A stretch of 63,538 nucleotides of DNA, counting the filler, from Octopus bimaculoides (taxonomy: Eukaryota), in assembly GCF_001194135.2 (NCBI RefSeq). It is 7 parts of 7 records of this genome, joined end to end, with 100 filler letters (N's around TTAATTAATTAA, not from the genome) between each part and the next. Parts side by side here need not be neighbours in the genome. Positions count along the whole stretch, not along the records: positions 43,271 to 50,294 come from NC_068983.1; positions 50,395 to 52,871 come from NC_068989.1; positions 52,972 to 61,592 come from NC_068984.1; positions 61,693 to 63,538 come from NW_026328142.1; 3 more parts are not named here. One strand, written 5' to 3'. Below are positions 49,357 to 62,362 of the stretch, piece after piece. Both the position numbers and the translations under genes were made by a program. Position 1 is the first letter of the stretch. Every line of letters begins with the position of its first letter. The notes below the pieces were generated by a model. It did not search any database. It saw only the letters and a list, made by a program, of their open reading frames with translations, and had not been told where the DNA came from.

Positions 49357-50240
49357 GCAACCTCCACGCCACTGCTTCTATAAATACATATTAAAACGTG
49401 TCCTTACATATAGGCAAGCATTCATGGCCATGATCACTGGTAAAGATTATTTGCTGACTGTGATCGAGTTACAATGGAGATTTGAAATTAATCACGGAAT
49501 TAAAGAGTGTATGTTTGTATGATATTTACATCTGTGTATGTGTTTGTATGCCTCTGTGTTCGTGTGTGTATGCGTGTGTGTGTGTACGTGGGTGTGTACG
49601 TGTGTGTGAGTGGTAGAGTCTGCTTGTGTATGCGTGTATGTGGCTGTTTTAACAAAAGTGTGTTAGAAGGAGCTCAACTAAAAAAAATATATATATATAT
49701 TTAAGGGAAGCCGGGGTATCGGTGAGTTAGCTGGTGGAGCATAATACATGCATGCACAGATTTTCGTTTTCGGTCTTTGTGTCACGTGGGTATTTCATGT
49801 ATGTATGTATGTATGTATGTAGGTAGATAGGTAGTTAGGTAGGTAAGGTATACATGTATGTAGGTATGTATGTATTTATTTATTTATTTATTTATGTGTT
49901 TCAGCCAAGTGGCTGCGGTCATGCTGGTGCACCACCGTATGTGTAAGAATGTGTTTACATATGTGTGTATTTTAGGCGCATGTGTGCATGAATGTATTTC
50001 TATAACTATAAATGACTATGTTTGTGTGAGTATGCATATATATGTAGGAATGTTACACAGAAAGAGGATGATGCATATATATATATGCATATTTAAACTC
50101 TTGCCTACGCATGACTCTATGCTATATTTATTATTTATCATATGTATATATATATATACATATAATTATTATATGTATATATATGTATACGTATATATAT
50201 ATACACGTATATATACATATATGTATATATATATATGTAC

Positions 50241-50294
<54 letters not shown>

Positions 50295-50422
50295 NNNNNN
50301 NNNNNNNNNNNNNNNNNNNNNNNNNNNNNNNNNNNNNNTTAATTAATTAANNNNNNNNNNNNNNNNNNNNNNNNNNNNNNNNNNNNNNNNNNNNATATAT
50401 ATATATATATATATACATATAT

Positions 50423-50640
50423 ATAGGGAGAATTCACAAAAGAAAAAAAAACAACAGACGAAGACAGGTGGTGTAGACAACAAATAGATGTATTAGTATA
50501 GCGCTCAGGAATTGAAAAAGTCTTTAACGTTTCGAGCCTACGCTCTTCCACAGAAAGGAACACAGAAAGAAACAAGGAGAGAAACAAAGAGAGAAAAAAA
50601 ATGTATGTAGTTGTTAGCGATCTACCATGGAAAATGCCGG
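50423..50640 (-). mobile_element. Short repeat carrying a hammerhead-like motif, copy 2
   Basis: Reverse complement of 38211-38410; the motif at 50522-50557 is 36/36 identical to copy 1. Confidence 0.6.
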
Positions 50641-50896
50641 ACAGAAGGGTCACACAGGAGAGTTAGGCACAAAGCCTGAAATATTGTGGGAGGGGTCAAA
50701 ACAAATACACCTTCACTATGCCTGTCTGTTTCTCTACGCCATATGAGTGAAAACCACAACTTAGCTGTTATTTCTACATTTTCTATCTCTGAACTTACTT
50801 GCATAGATTACTTCATCCAACTACATTCTACAATTTGATTCTATGTATCATCATCGACCAGTAAATAATACATATTTTTATGTAGTAAATATCATA

Positions 50897-51420
50897 GGCG
50901 CAGGAGTGGCTGTGTGGTAAGTAGCTTGCTTACCAACCACATGGTTCCGGGTTCAGTCTCACTGCGTGGCACCTTGGGNNNNNNNNNNAAGAATAAGTCC
51001 CGGGGTCGATTTACTCGACTAAAGGTGGTGCTCCAGCATGGCCGCAGTCAAATGACTGAAACAAGTAAAAGAAAAGAGATATAAATCTTGAATTTATTCT
51101 TTCATCTCTTTATGAACTATTGCTGTTAGACGTGAAGCACAGGCATGGCTGTGTAGTAAGAAACTTCCCAATCACGTGGTTCCGAGGTCAATCCCACTTC
51201 GTGGAACCTTGGGCAAGAGTCTTCGACTATACCTACGGACCGACCAAAGCCTTGTGAGTGGATTTGGTAAACAGAAACAGAAAGACGCTTGTCGTATATA
51301 TGCATGTGTGTGTGTGTGAGTGTGTGTGTGTTTTCAGTTTCTGTCAACCAAATCTACTCACAAGGCACACAAGGGCTTTAACAGAAGACGGTTGTCCAAG
51401 GTTCCTCGTAGTGGGACTTA
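50897..51420. mobile_element. Cluster of SINE family A copies and fragments
   Basis: Plus copy 50897-51075 (small gap), plus head ~51140-51300, minus fragment ~51320-51420. Confidence 0.75.
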
Positions 51421-51521
51421 AGCTATGTTTTATATATGTACATGCGCGCGTACGCACTCTCTCTCACACACATATATGTTTATATATATATATACATATA
51501 TATATTGATATATGTGTGTAT

Positions 51522-51578
<57 letters not shown>

Positions 51579-52398
51579 NNNNNNNNNNNNNNNNNNNNNN
51601 NNNNNNNNNNNNNNNNNNNNNNNNNNNNNNNNNNNNNNNNNNNNNNNNNNNNNNNNNNNNNNNNNNNNNNNNNNNNNNNNNNNNNNNNNNNNNNNNNNNN
51701 NNNNNNNNNNNNNNNNNNNNNNNNNNNNNNNNNNNNNNNNNNNNNNNNNNNNNNNNNNNNNNNNNNNNNNNNNNNNNNNNNNNNNNNNNNNNNNNNNNNN
51801 NNNNNNNNNNNNNNNNNNNNNNNNNNNNNNNNNNNNNNNNNNNNNNNNNNNNNNNNNNNNNNNNNNNNNNNNNNNNNNNNNNNNNNNNNNNNNNNNNNNN
51901 NNNNNNNNNNNNNNNNNNNNNNNNNNNNNNNNNNNNNNNNNNNNNNNNNNNNNNNNNNNNNNNNNNNNNNNNNNNNNNNNNNNNNNNNNNNNNNNNNNNN
52001 NNNNNNNNNNNNNNNNNNNNNNNNNNNNNNNNNNNNNNNNNNNNNNNNNNNNNNNNNNNNNNNNNNNNNNNNNNNNNNNNNNNNNNNNNNNNNNNNNNNN
52101 NNNNNNNNNNNNNNNNNNNNNNNNNNNNNNNNNNNNNNNNNNNNNNNNNNNNNNNNNNNNNNNNNNNNNNNNNNNNNNNNNNNNNNNNNNNNNNNNNNNN
52201 NNNNNNNNNNNNNNNNNNNNNNNNNNNNNNNNNNNNNNNNNNNNNNNNNNNNNNNNNNNNNNNNNNNNNNNNNNNNNNNNNNNNNNNNNNNNNNNNNNNN
52301 NNNNNNNNNNNNNNNNNNNNNNNNNNNNNNNNNNNNNNNNNNNNNNNNNNNNNNNNNNNNNNNNNNNNNNNNNNNNNNNNNNNNNNNNNNNNNNNNNN

Positions 52399-52444
<46 letters not shown>

Positions 52445-52837
52445 TGTGTGTATAGACACATGTTATACATATAGATCCGAGTATGTTTGTAAATATTGTA
52501 AAATGTGGCGCAGGCAGAAGCCTGAAAAACATACATAGGATGTCGCTACGTCAACCCATCATCAGTTATTCACCAAAAATCATCATAGTTTCGATGCCTA
52601 ATCGCTAATACAATTCAATTTGGCAGTGTCAACAGCAAGAGACTCATGGAGTGTAAATGAACGAACACGAATATATGTATATAACAAAACACATACACAT
52701 TCGGAGAGACAGTCTAATAATACATACGTATGTGTGTGCACGCGTGCGTGCAAACATATTTCTGAATTCTGTATGTATGTATATATGTATGCATGAATGT
52801 ATGTATGACTGTATGTATGAATGTATGTATATATATA

Positions 52838-52871
<34 letters not shown>

Positions 52872-53533
52872 NNNNNNNNNNNNNNNNNNNNNNNNNNNNN
52901 NNNNNNNNNNNNNNNTTAATTAATTAANNNNNNNNNNNNNNNNNNNNNNNNNNNNNNNNNNNNNNNNNNNNGGTTAGGCTGAGGGTGGGGGTAGAGGTAG
53001 GGGTATGTGGGTATGCAGAGGTTGGGGTGGGTGTAAGGAATTGGATGGCGTGGGGTGGGGTGGGAAGGTAGAGTAGGAGTGTGTTGGGGTGAGATGAGCT
53101 TATGAGGGAGGGTTGACGATGAAGGGGGAGGAGGTGACGATGAAGGGGGAAGGGGAAGGTGAATATAAGAGATATATATATATATGTACATATATATTTA
53201 AATAGGTATATATATATATGTATGTATATGTATGTATACATGTAGTAGGACTGAATCCAGAACCATGTGGTTGAACAGCATACTTCTTACCACACAACCA
53301 CATAAGCACACAAACACATATTATAAACACCTGCACTCATACATAACACACATAGTTATATAATCATTTATGGCAAATCAAAACAATGGGACAAACCACT
53401 GATAAATGTCAGCAGTTGAATAAATACTCGTACACAGAATTGAAGCACTTGAACAAAGAGATATAGTTGTAACATCTTTGTTGAAAGTATTGGTCAGCTC
53501 TGGCCTACAATAGAAGACACTTGCTCAAGATGG

Positions 53534-53576
<43 letters not shown>

Positions 53577-53579
53577 CTT

Positions 53580-53910
53580 TTATTCTTCACTTGTTTTAGT
53601 CATTAGACTGTGGTCATGCTGGGATACTACCTCAAAAGGTTTTAGTTGAATTAATCAACCCCAGTACTTTTTTTAAGCCTATTGATCACTTTTGCCAGTT
53701 ACAGGGATGTAAAACAGTGGTGGAGTACAAGGACACAAAGACACACACACAAATAGATATGCATACAACAGGGTTGTTTCAGTTTCCATCAATCAAATCA
53801 ACTTACATGGCTTTGGTCAGCTTGGAACTATAGTAGAAGAAACCCAAGGTGTCATGCAGTAGGACTGAATCCAGAACCATATGGTTGAACAGCATACTTC
53901 TTACCACACA
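53580..53910 (-). mobile_element. SINE family A, diverged
   Basis: Reverse complement tail (ttttagtcattagactgtggtcatgctgg) through head (gcatacttcttaccacacagcc). Confidence 0.7.
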
Positions 53911-54347
53911 GCCACATAAGCACACAAATACATATTATAAACACCTGCACTCATACATACACACACATAATTATATAATCATCTATGCATGCGTATACAT
54001 ATACATATGTGTGTGTATGCATGTCTGTGTGAATGTGAGTGCATGCGAATATGTTATCCTTCACTTGGAAAAAGAAACAAGGGTGTCGGGAATGGCAACC
54101 ATAGAAAAATGGACTAAAATGAAAGAAAGGAAAAAAAATCGAAGAATATAAATATCTACTATAATACTCTTGTGATTTTCTTCATCACAACATATGAATG
54201 GAAAAGGAAGGGGTGATAGATGAGTAAGGAAGGAAGCAGTGATGGCAAATATTCAGACAGCATTTCAACTCTGTGTGAGTATATATGCGTGTGTGTAAAA
54301 CGGAGGTATGTGAATGTTTACGTGTGTTGCGTGTTGACTCTGTGTGT

Positions 54348-54433
<86 letters not shown>

Positions 54434-54561
54434 AATGGAAGTGGGATGGTAAACATTCAACACTGAAAAGAAAAATCAAACAGCGTTTCAACTCTGTGTG
54501 AGTATATGTATGTATGTATGTGCATGTACAAGGCAAGTATGTGAATGTTTGTATGTGTGAA

Positions 54562-55588
54562 CCAGCGTTCTTTCAGTCACAAATGATGATCATTGTAACA
54601 TCTCAAAAGACAACCACTAGATAATATTGACAATATATTAATTTGATTTACCATCCATATTCTATCTGTTTTGTTAAAGATAATTATTACAATCACACAC
54701 ATCTACACAAACATATATATACACAAACTCATTAGAGAAAATAATTATTGCCTGAGTGTATCAAGAATATAAAATGACTGTAGTTGATAGGTATATTATA
54801 CACATTTTAATTTAACAGTTTATACATGTCCCTAATTTATTTATATTAAGAAATTTTTACCCAGTGTTCTTTCAGTAACTATACATAAACTAACCAGCGT
54901 TCATTCAGTTATTACCTGTGATCGATGTCATATCTCAAAATACAACTACTCAAAATACAACTACATTGAAAAGTGTATTAGTTTGAGCTACCATCTATTT
55001 GCTATCTGTTGTGTTACATATAGTTATTACAATCACACACACCTTTACAAACATATACATATACACACTCATTAGAGAAAATAATTGTAGCCTGAGTGTA
55101 TCAAGAATATAAAACAGCTGCAGTTGAAAGGTATATTATAAATATACATTTAACAGTTGGTAAATGTGCCTAATTTATTTATATTAAGAAATTTATGTAA
55201 TAAATTTTGAATAGGGAATTTTTATAACATCAACTATAAGTCAGAGACTGCTTTTTGTGACTTTAAGTTGTATGAGTTTGGATTGGTTTCACTAATGGAG
55301 AGTGCAATTGAAAGAAAACAATGCTTCGAAAAAGTTGGTATTTACATGCCAGCTTCTGTATTTAGTCACAGTCAGCTTTATGTGGCCTTAAGTCGTACAA
55401 GAAGGAAGGAAAACTTAAAAATTTCTTTTGAAGGAAACAAGCTGTCAAGAGATGTTAATTGCGGATAGATTTTTCACAAAAAATTTGTTAATAAAAGAAT
55501 TATTTAATTAAAAACTTGGTTTTGTACCTTATTTATATATAAAATACTTCAATTTAGCCATAATCTTTGATGGCAGGGGGCCAGCTAG
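54562..55588 (+). mobile_element. Helitron remnant: tandem ~335-bp repeats, helicase C-terminal fragment and 3' CTAG terminus
   Basis: QCFEKVGIYMPASVFSHSQLYVALSR (55316-55410) matches the PIF1-like Rep-Hel C-terminal motif. A GCCAT...ATGGC hairpin precedes CTAG|T at 55585-55589. Two ~310-bp direct repeats start at 54562 and 54895; their inclusion in the element is inferred. Confidence 0.7.
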
Positions 55589-55643
55589 TATATCTATAAT
55601 TCATAAAAATTATATGAATGATATTTTGAAAACAAAAGAGTTT

Positions 55644-55693
<50 letters not shown>

Positions 55694-55699
<6 letters not shown>

Positions 55700-57972
55700 G
55701 CAGTTAAGTCTATCCCCAATAGGTTTGCATCTATAAAGGGCCTAGCCCCATGGATGGTTCATCAGAATCTAAAGCTGAAGACATATAACTCTTTAACTCT
55801 GGGAGGCAGGAATCCATTGCAATCAGTTAGTTAGTAAGTAACCTAAGAATAAACAATACAGGTCAGTGAGGACGAGTTATCTTCCTTAGACCAGTTCATG
55901 TGGGCCTAAAGTGGAGGAACAGGGAATTTTGCTCTTAGGCTGCTGTTAATTTGTAAGGACCTTTCCAGATCTAATCAATGAATGGGGAATCCCATGCTTG
56001 CAGTAGGTAGCATTTGCAATGGATGCAAGAGAACAATGCTGAAATGAATACCAGGAGAATGATGCCGAAATGAATGCAGGAGAATGGTGCTGAAATGGAT
56101 GCCAGGAGAATGGTGCTGTTCAATAAAGATTAGGTAAAGCGATCCAACCCCAAGGGTTCCTTCAATGTGGCAATGTGAGCCTATGACAGCACTGATATGT
56201 GATCTCATTGGACTATACTTCCGGGACACCTTAGGGAAGAAGTTCCCTTCAGTCCTCTTTGGTCTCTACAGAGATGACACTCTGGCCATCTCTAGAAGAG
56301 CCAACAGGCCCACATTTGATAGACTTAGAAAGGATCTAATTAGTACCCTAGGTTCCATGAGACTCAAAATTACTATCAAAACTAACCTTACCACTATAGA
56401 TGTCCAAGATGTCACTCTAGGCTTGGGCTCTGGTACATACAGGCCCTACCACAAGGCCGTCCTACATCAACACAGCTTTCTGTCACACCTCTATCATATT
56501 CAAGAATCTGGAGAAGGTTGTCAGCAAGAGGATCACAAATCTATCCTCAAGTCAAAAAATTTTCAATGCTGCAGCCCCCCACTACAATGAGGCACCAGTG
56601 TCCAGTGGGTTTAAGGACTATATGCTGAGCCCTAGCACTCACAAAAAGAAGCATTGCCAGAATGTCATTTGGTTTGCCCCACCCTTCTCATTCAACATCA
56701 AGACTTGTGTGGTAAGTATATTCCTCAGGTTAGTAGACAGATACTTCATGTAGACACACAGGTACGGATGTTTGTTCAGTAGGCACAACCTAAGGCTCTC
56801 CTTTAGTGCACTCAACATGAAAAGTATTTTAGCAAACACCCATAAAATGTGGGACGAGGCCAACTGCTCTCACAGGAATTACAATTATCGACTTGTGGTG
56901 GTGGGGCAATGCAAGAGTGATGGAGTTATTTATGAGGCTGTGGTAATACCCAGACCCAGCAATCATAGTAATAGCAGCTGTAGATCATCCAACAACAGTG
57001 ACGGCAATGGCAGCAATGAAAGTGGCAGAAACACCAGCACTGATGCCAATGACCCCAACACCAGCACTACAGCTGGCGATGACAACTATGCCAACACTAG
57101 CAGAACCATTGAGATTAATGGCCCCATGCCCAGTATTACACACAATGGCACCCGCATCACCATCGGTGACAGCAGTGCGAACACTATGGCCAGGGATGAC
57201 CACTACAATGACAAACGCTGCAGCAATATTGCCAGACTCATACCTTGTAATGATAACAGCATCAATGGCAGCTCCAGCAATACCAGTGGCAACAACATCT
57301 CCTGACCAAGAGTCAACTAAAAATGTGCAAGAAATGTGAACACTCAAGCCTGAAAATATATCAGGTCAGTTGGGACTGCTTTCAAGTGGCACCTGTACAA
57401 CTACAGGTCCTCTTTCAGGTTTCTGAAAAGACAATTTGTCACATCCCTGGTAAGCCTCAAAGATGAAGGAACCCCATATGATATCAAGTAGAGGATCATA
57501 GAGTGGCTGGTATCCTACATTAATGGGAGTGGACACTTACAAGCTTTGCAGAGCTGAGTGAGCAAGGATCCTCAAAGACTCCCTGAAACCAGGGTTACTG
57601 AACTCTCACCAAGAAATTTACAGTCCCTGCCTTCATTTCAAGCACTACCTACTGCAAGCATGGGATTTCCTATTCATTGATTAGATCCAGAAAGGTCCTT
57701 ATGAACTAAAAGCAGCTTAAGGGTGTAATTCCCTGTTCCCACACTTTTGCCCATATGAACTGGTCTAAGGGAGATAACCCCTCCTCACCAACCTATATTT
57801 TTTATTCTTTGGTTACTTACTAACTGACTAACCATAGTAGATTCCTGCCTCTTGGAGTTGAGTCATATGTCTTCAGCTTTAGAGTCTGACAAGCCATCCA
57901 TGGGGCTAGGCCCTTTATGGATGTGAAACCATTGGTCACTCTATAACTGGACATAGACTTAACTGCATATAA
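55694..57972 (+). mobile_element. Penelope-like retroelement remnant with ~320-bp inverted terminal copies
   Basis: RT motif FGLYRDDTL, linker VIWFAPPFSFNIKT, GIY-YIG parts GVIYEAVV and KYIRSVGTAFKWHLYNYRSSF. 55694-56010 is the reverse complement of 57645-57972. Confidence 0.85.
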
Positions 57973-58751
57973 CTACATTACTGCTTTATGCTTTAGAGTG
58001 TGCTTCTTTTTGGGTGTATGATACATTGACAATATATATATATATATATATATATANNNNNNNNNNNNNNNNNNNNNNNNNNNNNNNNNNNNNNNNNNNN
58101 NNNNNNNNNNNNNNNNNNNNNNNNNNNNNNNNNNNNNNNNNNNNNNNNNNNNNNNNNNNNNNNNNNNNNNNNNNNNNNNNNNNNNNNNNNNNNNNNNNNN
58201 NNNNNNNNNNNNNNNNNNNNNNNNNNNNNNNNNNNNNNNNNNNNNNNNNNNNNNNNNNNNNNNNNNNNNNNNNNNNNNNNNNNNNNNNNNNNNNNNNNNN
58301 NNNNNNNNNNNNNNNNNNNNNNNNNNNNNNNNNNNNNNNNNNNNNNNNNNNNNNNNNNNNNNNNNNNNNNNNNNNNNNNNNNNNNNNNNNNNNNNNNNNN
58401 NNNNNNNNNNNNNNNNNNNNNNNNNNNNNNNNNNNNNNNNNNNNNNNNNNNNNNNNNNNNNNNNNNNNNNNNNNNNNNNNNNNNNNNNNNNNNNNNNNNN
58501 NNNNNNNNNNNNNNNNNNNNNNNNNNNNNNNNNNNNNNNNNNNNNNNNNNNNNNNNNNNNNNNNNNNNNNNNNNNNNNNNNNNNNNNNNNNNNNNNNNNN
58601 NNNNNNNNNNNNNNNNNNNNNNNNNNNNNNNNNNNNNNNNNNNNNNNNNNNNNNNNNNNNNNNNNNNNNNNNNNNNNNNNNNNNNNNNNNNNNNNNNNNN
58701 NNNNNNNNNNNNNNNNNNNNNNNNNNNNNNNNNNNNNNNNNNNNNNNNNNN

Positions 58752-59885
58752 TTATTCAATAAAGCCACTTTCAGCTTCAAAAACTGTTTCTGCATGAGAT
58801 CTAAATCATCTACATGCTCGAATCAAGTGGTCCTTGTTCATTTTGGTCATTTCTCTGACTATGGCAGCTTTCAAAGAATCTTTGGTGTTATGGGTGTGTT
58901 CATTGACCTCTCTCTCAACAACATTCCACATGTAATAGTCCAATAGATTGAGATCTGGAGAATTAGGAGGCCAAATGTTAAGGGTTATGTGATCATGAAA
59001 ATTTTCAGCCATCCATTCCTGTGTTACTAGAGCCATGTGTGATAGTGCAGAGTCTTACTGAAACACATGTGGCCGTCCATTGCATATTCTGTCTATCCAC
59101 AGCTTAACAATTATTTCCAGAACCTCAATGTAGGTGGCAACATTAGCTCTAAGGCCTTGTGGAAAGAAGTAAGGAGGCATCACATATCCTTCATTGCTGA
59201 CAACCCCTAAAACCATGACAGCTGTAGGAAATTTTATATGCATAACATTTGGAACTTCAGAAGAGTCTGTACACAACCATCAGTCATTTCGTCAGTTAAC
59301 TTTTTGATCCTGGTCAAAGTTTTTCTCATTTGAGAAAAAATCAAATCAATTTTTCTTCTGCTGGATTTTTCAGTTTGTTTAAGAGCTTTTTAGAGTTGAT
59401 GTAGTGATTTTCTTTTGCTTTTTCTGACAAATTGATCTTTCGTCACCATAAAAGACATATATCTGATGTCTTTGTGGACAACATTTCTGACTGTTCTTTC
59501 TTACACATAGAGATCTTTTCCAATTGACCTCATGGACTTTCTGGGATTGTAATCAATGGTCTGTTGAACTTGGTGGATAAATTCAGGTGTTCTGATGGTT
59601 TCAGAGTGTTTAGAACACTTTTTATGCTTTGATACTGGTGATACATTTCCATCTTCAGTCTCTAACTCCTTACAAACTTTGTAGATCTGGCAACTTCTAA
59701 AAATTGAGATATTTCTAAATCGCTATGCTCAACCTTTATAACCACAATAACAGTATGCCCCTTCATTTCTTGAGTAAGTTGAGAGTCTGCCATTATTATT
59801 TTCTGAAACAAAGATTATACAAAGTTAGCAAAAAATGCAGCAATGACCCAAAAAAGGTGCGTCCTCAAATACCTTACGCACCCTG
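58752..59885 (-). mobile_element. maT/DD37D-type Tc1/mariner element remnant
   Basis: FFSNEKNFDQDQKVN, VMVLGVVSNEG, and FQ*DSA-(37 aa)-DYY via WPPNSPDLNLL. The 5' terminus TA|CAGGGTGCGTAAGG is at 59885-59887; the other end is in the gap. Confidence 0.9.
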
Positions 59886-59891
59886 TATGTA

Positions 59892-59963
<72 letters not shown>

Positions 59964-59967
59964 GGTG

Positions 59968-59998
<31 letters not shown>

Positions 59999-61106
59999 NN
60001 NNNNNNNNNNNNNNNNNNNNNNNNNNNNNNNNNNNNNNNNNNNNNNNNNNNNNNNNNNNNNNNNNNNNNNNNNNNNNNNNNNNNNNNNNNNNNNNNNNNN
60101 NNNNNNNNNNNNNNNNNNNNNNNNNNNNNNNNNNNNNNNNNNNNNNNNNNNNNNNNNNNNNNNNNNNNNNNNNNNNNNNNNNNNNNNNNNNNNNNNNNNN
60201 NNNNNNNNNNNNNNNNNNNNNNNNNNNNNNNNNNNNNNNNNNNNNNNNNNNNNNNNNNNNNNNNNNNNNNNNNNNNNNNNNNNNNNNNNNNNNNNNNNNN
60301 NNNNNNNNNNNNNNNNNNNNNNNNNNNNNNNNNNNNNNNNNNNNNNNNNNNNNNNNNNNNNNNNNNNNNNNNNNNNNNNNNNNNNNNNNNNNNNNNNNNN
60401 NNNNNNNNNNNNNNNNNNNNNNNNNNNNNNNNNNNNNNNNNNNNNNNNNNNNNNNNNNNNNNNNNNNNNNNNNNNNNNNNNNNNNNNNNNNNNNNNNNNN
60501 NNNNNNNNNNNNNNNNNNNNNNNNNNNNNNNNNNNNNNNNNNNNNNNNNNNNNNNNNNNNNNNNNNNNNNNNNNNNNNNNNNNNNNNNNNNNNNNNNNNN
60601 NNNNNNNNNNNNNNNNNNNNNNNNNNNNNNNNNNNNNNNNNNNNNNNNNNNNNNNNNNNNNNNNNNNNNNNNNNNNCGTCAGATGTCTAACTCTTTAAAT
60701 TTTAGGTTTTTTTTATATTTTATATTTTAGACTTTACAATATTCATGCTTAATTACGCATAAATTTTTATACGCATTTATATTCACACGTATATTTATGT
60801 ACATTCATATTTTTATACATATTTATATTTATATTTCGTATATTTATATTTCAAATTTTAAATTTATTATATTACCATGTCATATTGGATATATATCTTT
60901 CAAAATATTAAATATTGATTTCCTGAGTATATTATTGATAAGTTTATGAATTTATTAATAATATAAAAACACATATATACACATTTATTTGCTCAAAATA
61001 ATTGAGCACTCAATATAAGTTCAGTTATATATTCTTTAAGAATATTACTTATAAAAGTTATATATATATATATGTATGTATGAATGTATGTATACATATA
61101 TATATA

Positions 61107-61592
61107 TAACTCGCTTCTAGCATCTCCTTTCAAAGTATGCTGGTAGCAGCCCACTTTATTTTTCAACGTCGGGGGCTCTCCCCTCCAGTGCCACTCCACT
61201 GTTCACCTCTGGCCATTGAAGGTGGCACGAAAATCCTGGTCTTCAATAGTGTGCGCGGCATAGTTTTCTTTGCGGTTCTCATCAATGCACAGTGTCGCCA
61301 TACACGGTTTCCCCGCAACCCCGAAAGTTACACTGGCCTCGTTGACAGTGACACCTCCTAAACGGGTGATTGCATCCATCCCCATCACCACATCAATCTC
61401 ATCCACCAAGTGACCAACTACAATTGCTTGCAGCTTCAGCTTTGTTCCCTGCACCTCAATCTGCATGTCTGTAATGCCTTCACAGCATACCTCTCTTCTG
61501 CCCTCACACTGCTTTCTCCACTCCACGTCTCTACCACTCCTGGAGTCATCCGGGTCGTCGTACAGCCCATGTCCACGAGGGCTCACGACATC
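61107..61592 (-). pseudogene. Gypsy-like LTR retrotransposon protease/linker fragment
   Basis: LQAIVVGHLVDEIDVVMGMDAITRLGGVTV...IEDQDFRATFNGQR*TVEWHW resembles the C-terminal half of a retroviral-type aspartic protease and the pre-RT linker. Confidence 0.6.
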
Positions 61593-62362
61593 NNNNNNNN
61601 NNNNNNNNNNNNNNNNNNNNNNNNNNNNNNNNNNNNTTAATTAATTAANNNNNNNNNNNNNNNNNNNNNNNNNNNNNNNNNNNNNNNNNNNNGAAGGCAT
61701 AATGGACCACAGTAAAATCCAGAAATCAAAAGTTCAAAAAAAAAAGTTGGAAACTTAAACGAGAGATGGAGGAAGGGAGAGAATCCAATGAATTCATCAT
61801 ATATAATCATTACTCCTTATGTAAACAAATTATTGTACTGAGTTGAAACTAAGTGAAGATTGTAAATATAATAAATAAAACATCATAGCATTGTATTATA
61901 TTAAGATACCCAAATAAATGGTAATACAATGTACAAGATATCTTGTTATTAAATAATAGTAAAAATATACATGCTTACAAGGACAAGATCGGAAATATTT
62001 AATTAAAGTTACTATTATGGTCCAAACACAACTAATGTAGCATTACTGGGAAAAATTTACTGAACCAACTTAAGAAGGGGAAAAAAATAAAAACAACTAG
62101 CGATGGAGACAGAAATAAATATTATTTAAGATAATATTAAATGATATTATTCCTGTAATTGTTACTATTATTGTTATAATAAATTTTAAAATAAATTAAA
62201 TATTATCATTGTTACTATTATTGTTATTATCAAAGTTAAAGGTAGAAACTAATCTGGGTGAATGTACATACCACTAATAAGGCGAATGTCCACTAGAGAG
62301 AATGTCAAGGTGAAAAAAATAATAATAATAACTAAAAACTAAAACTAGTATGAAGGATGAAA

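Noticed and set aside
2073-60730. Long ORFs in the track containing X runs or poly-CV/YI/HT/D/M
   Set aside because: They are produced by N gaps and di-, tri- or tetranucleotide microsatellites; no protein signal.
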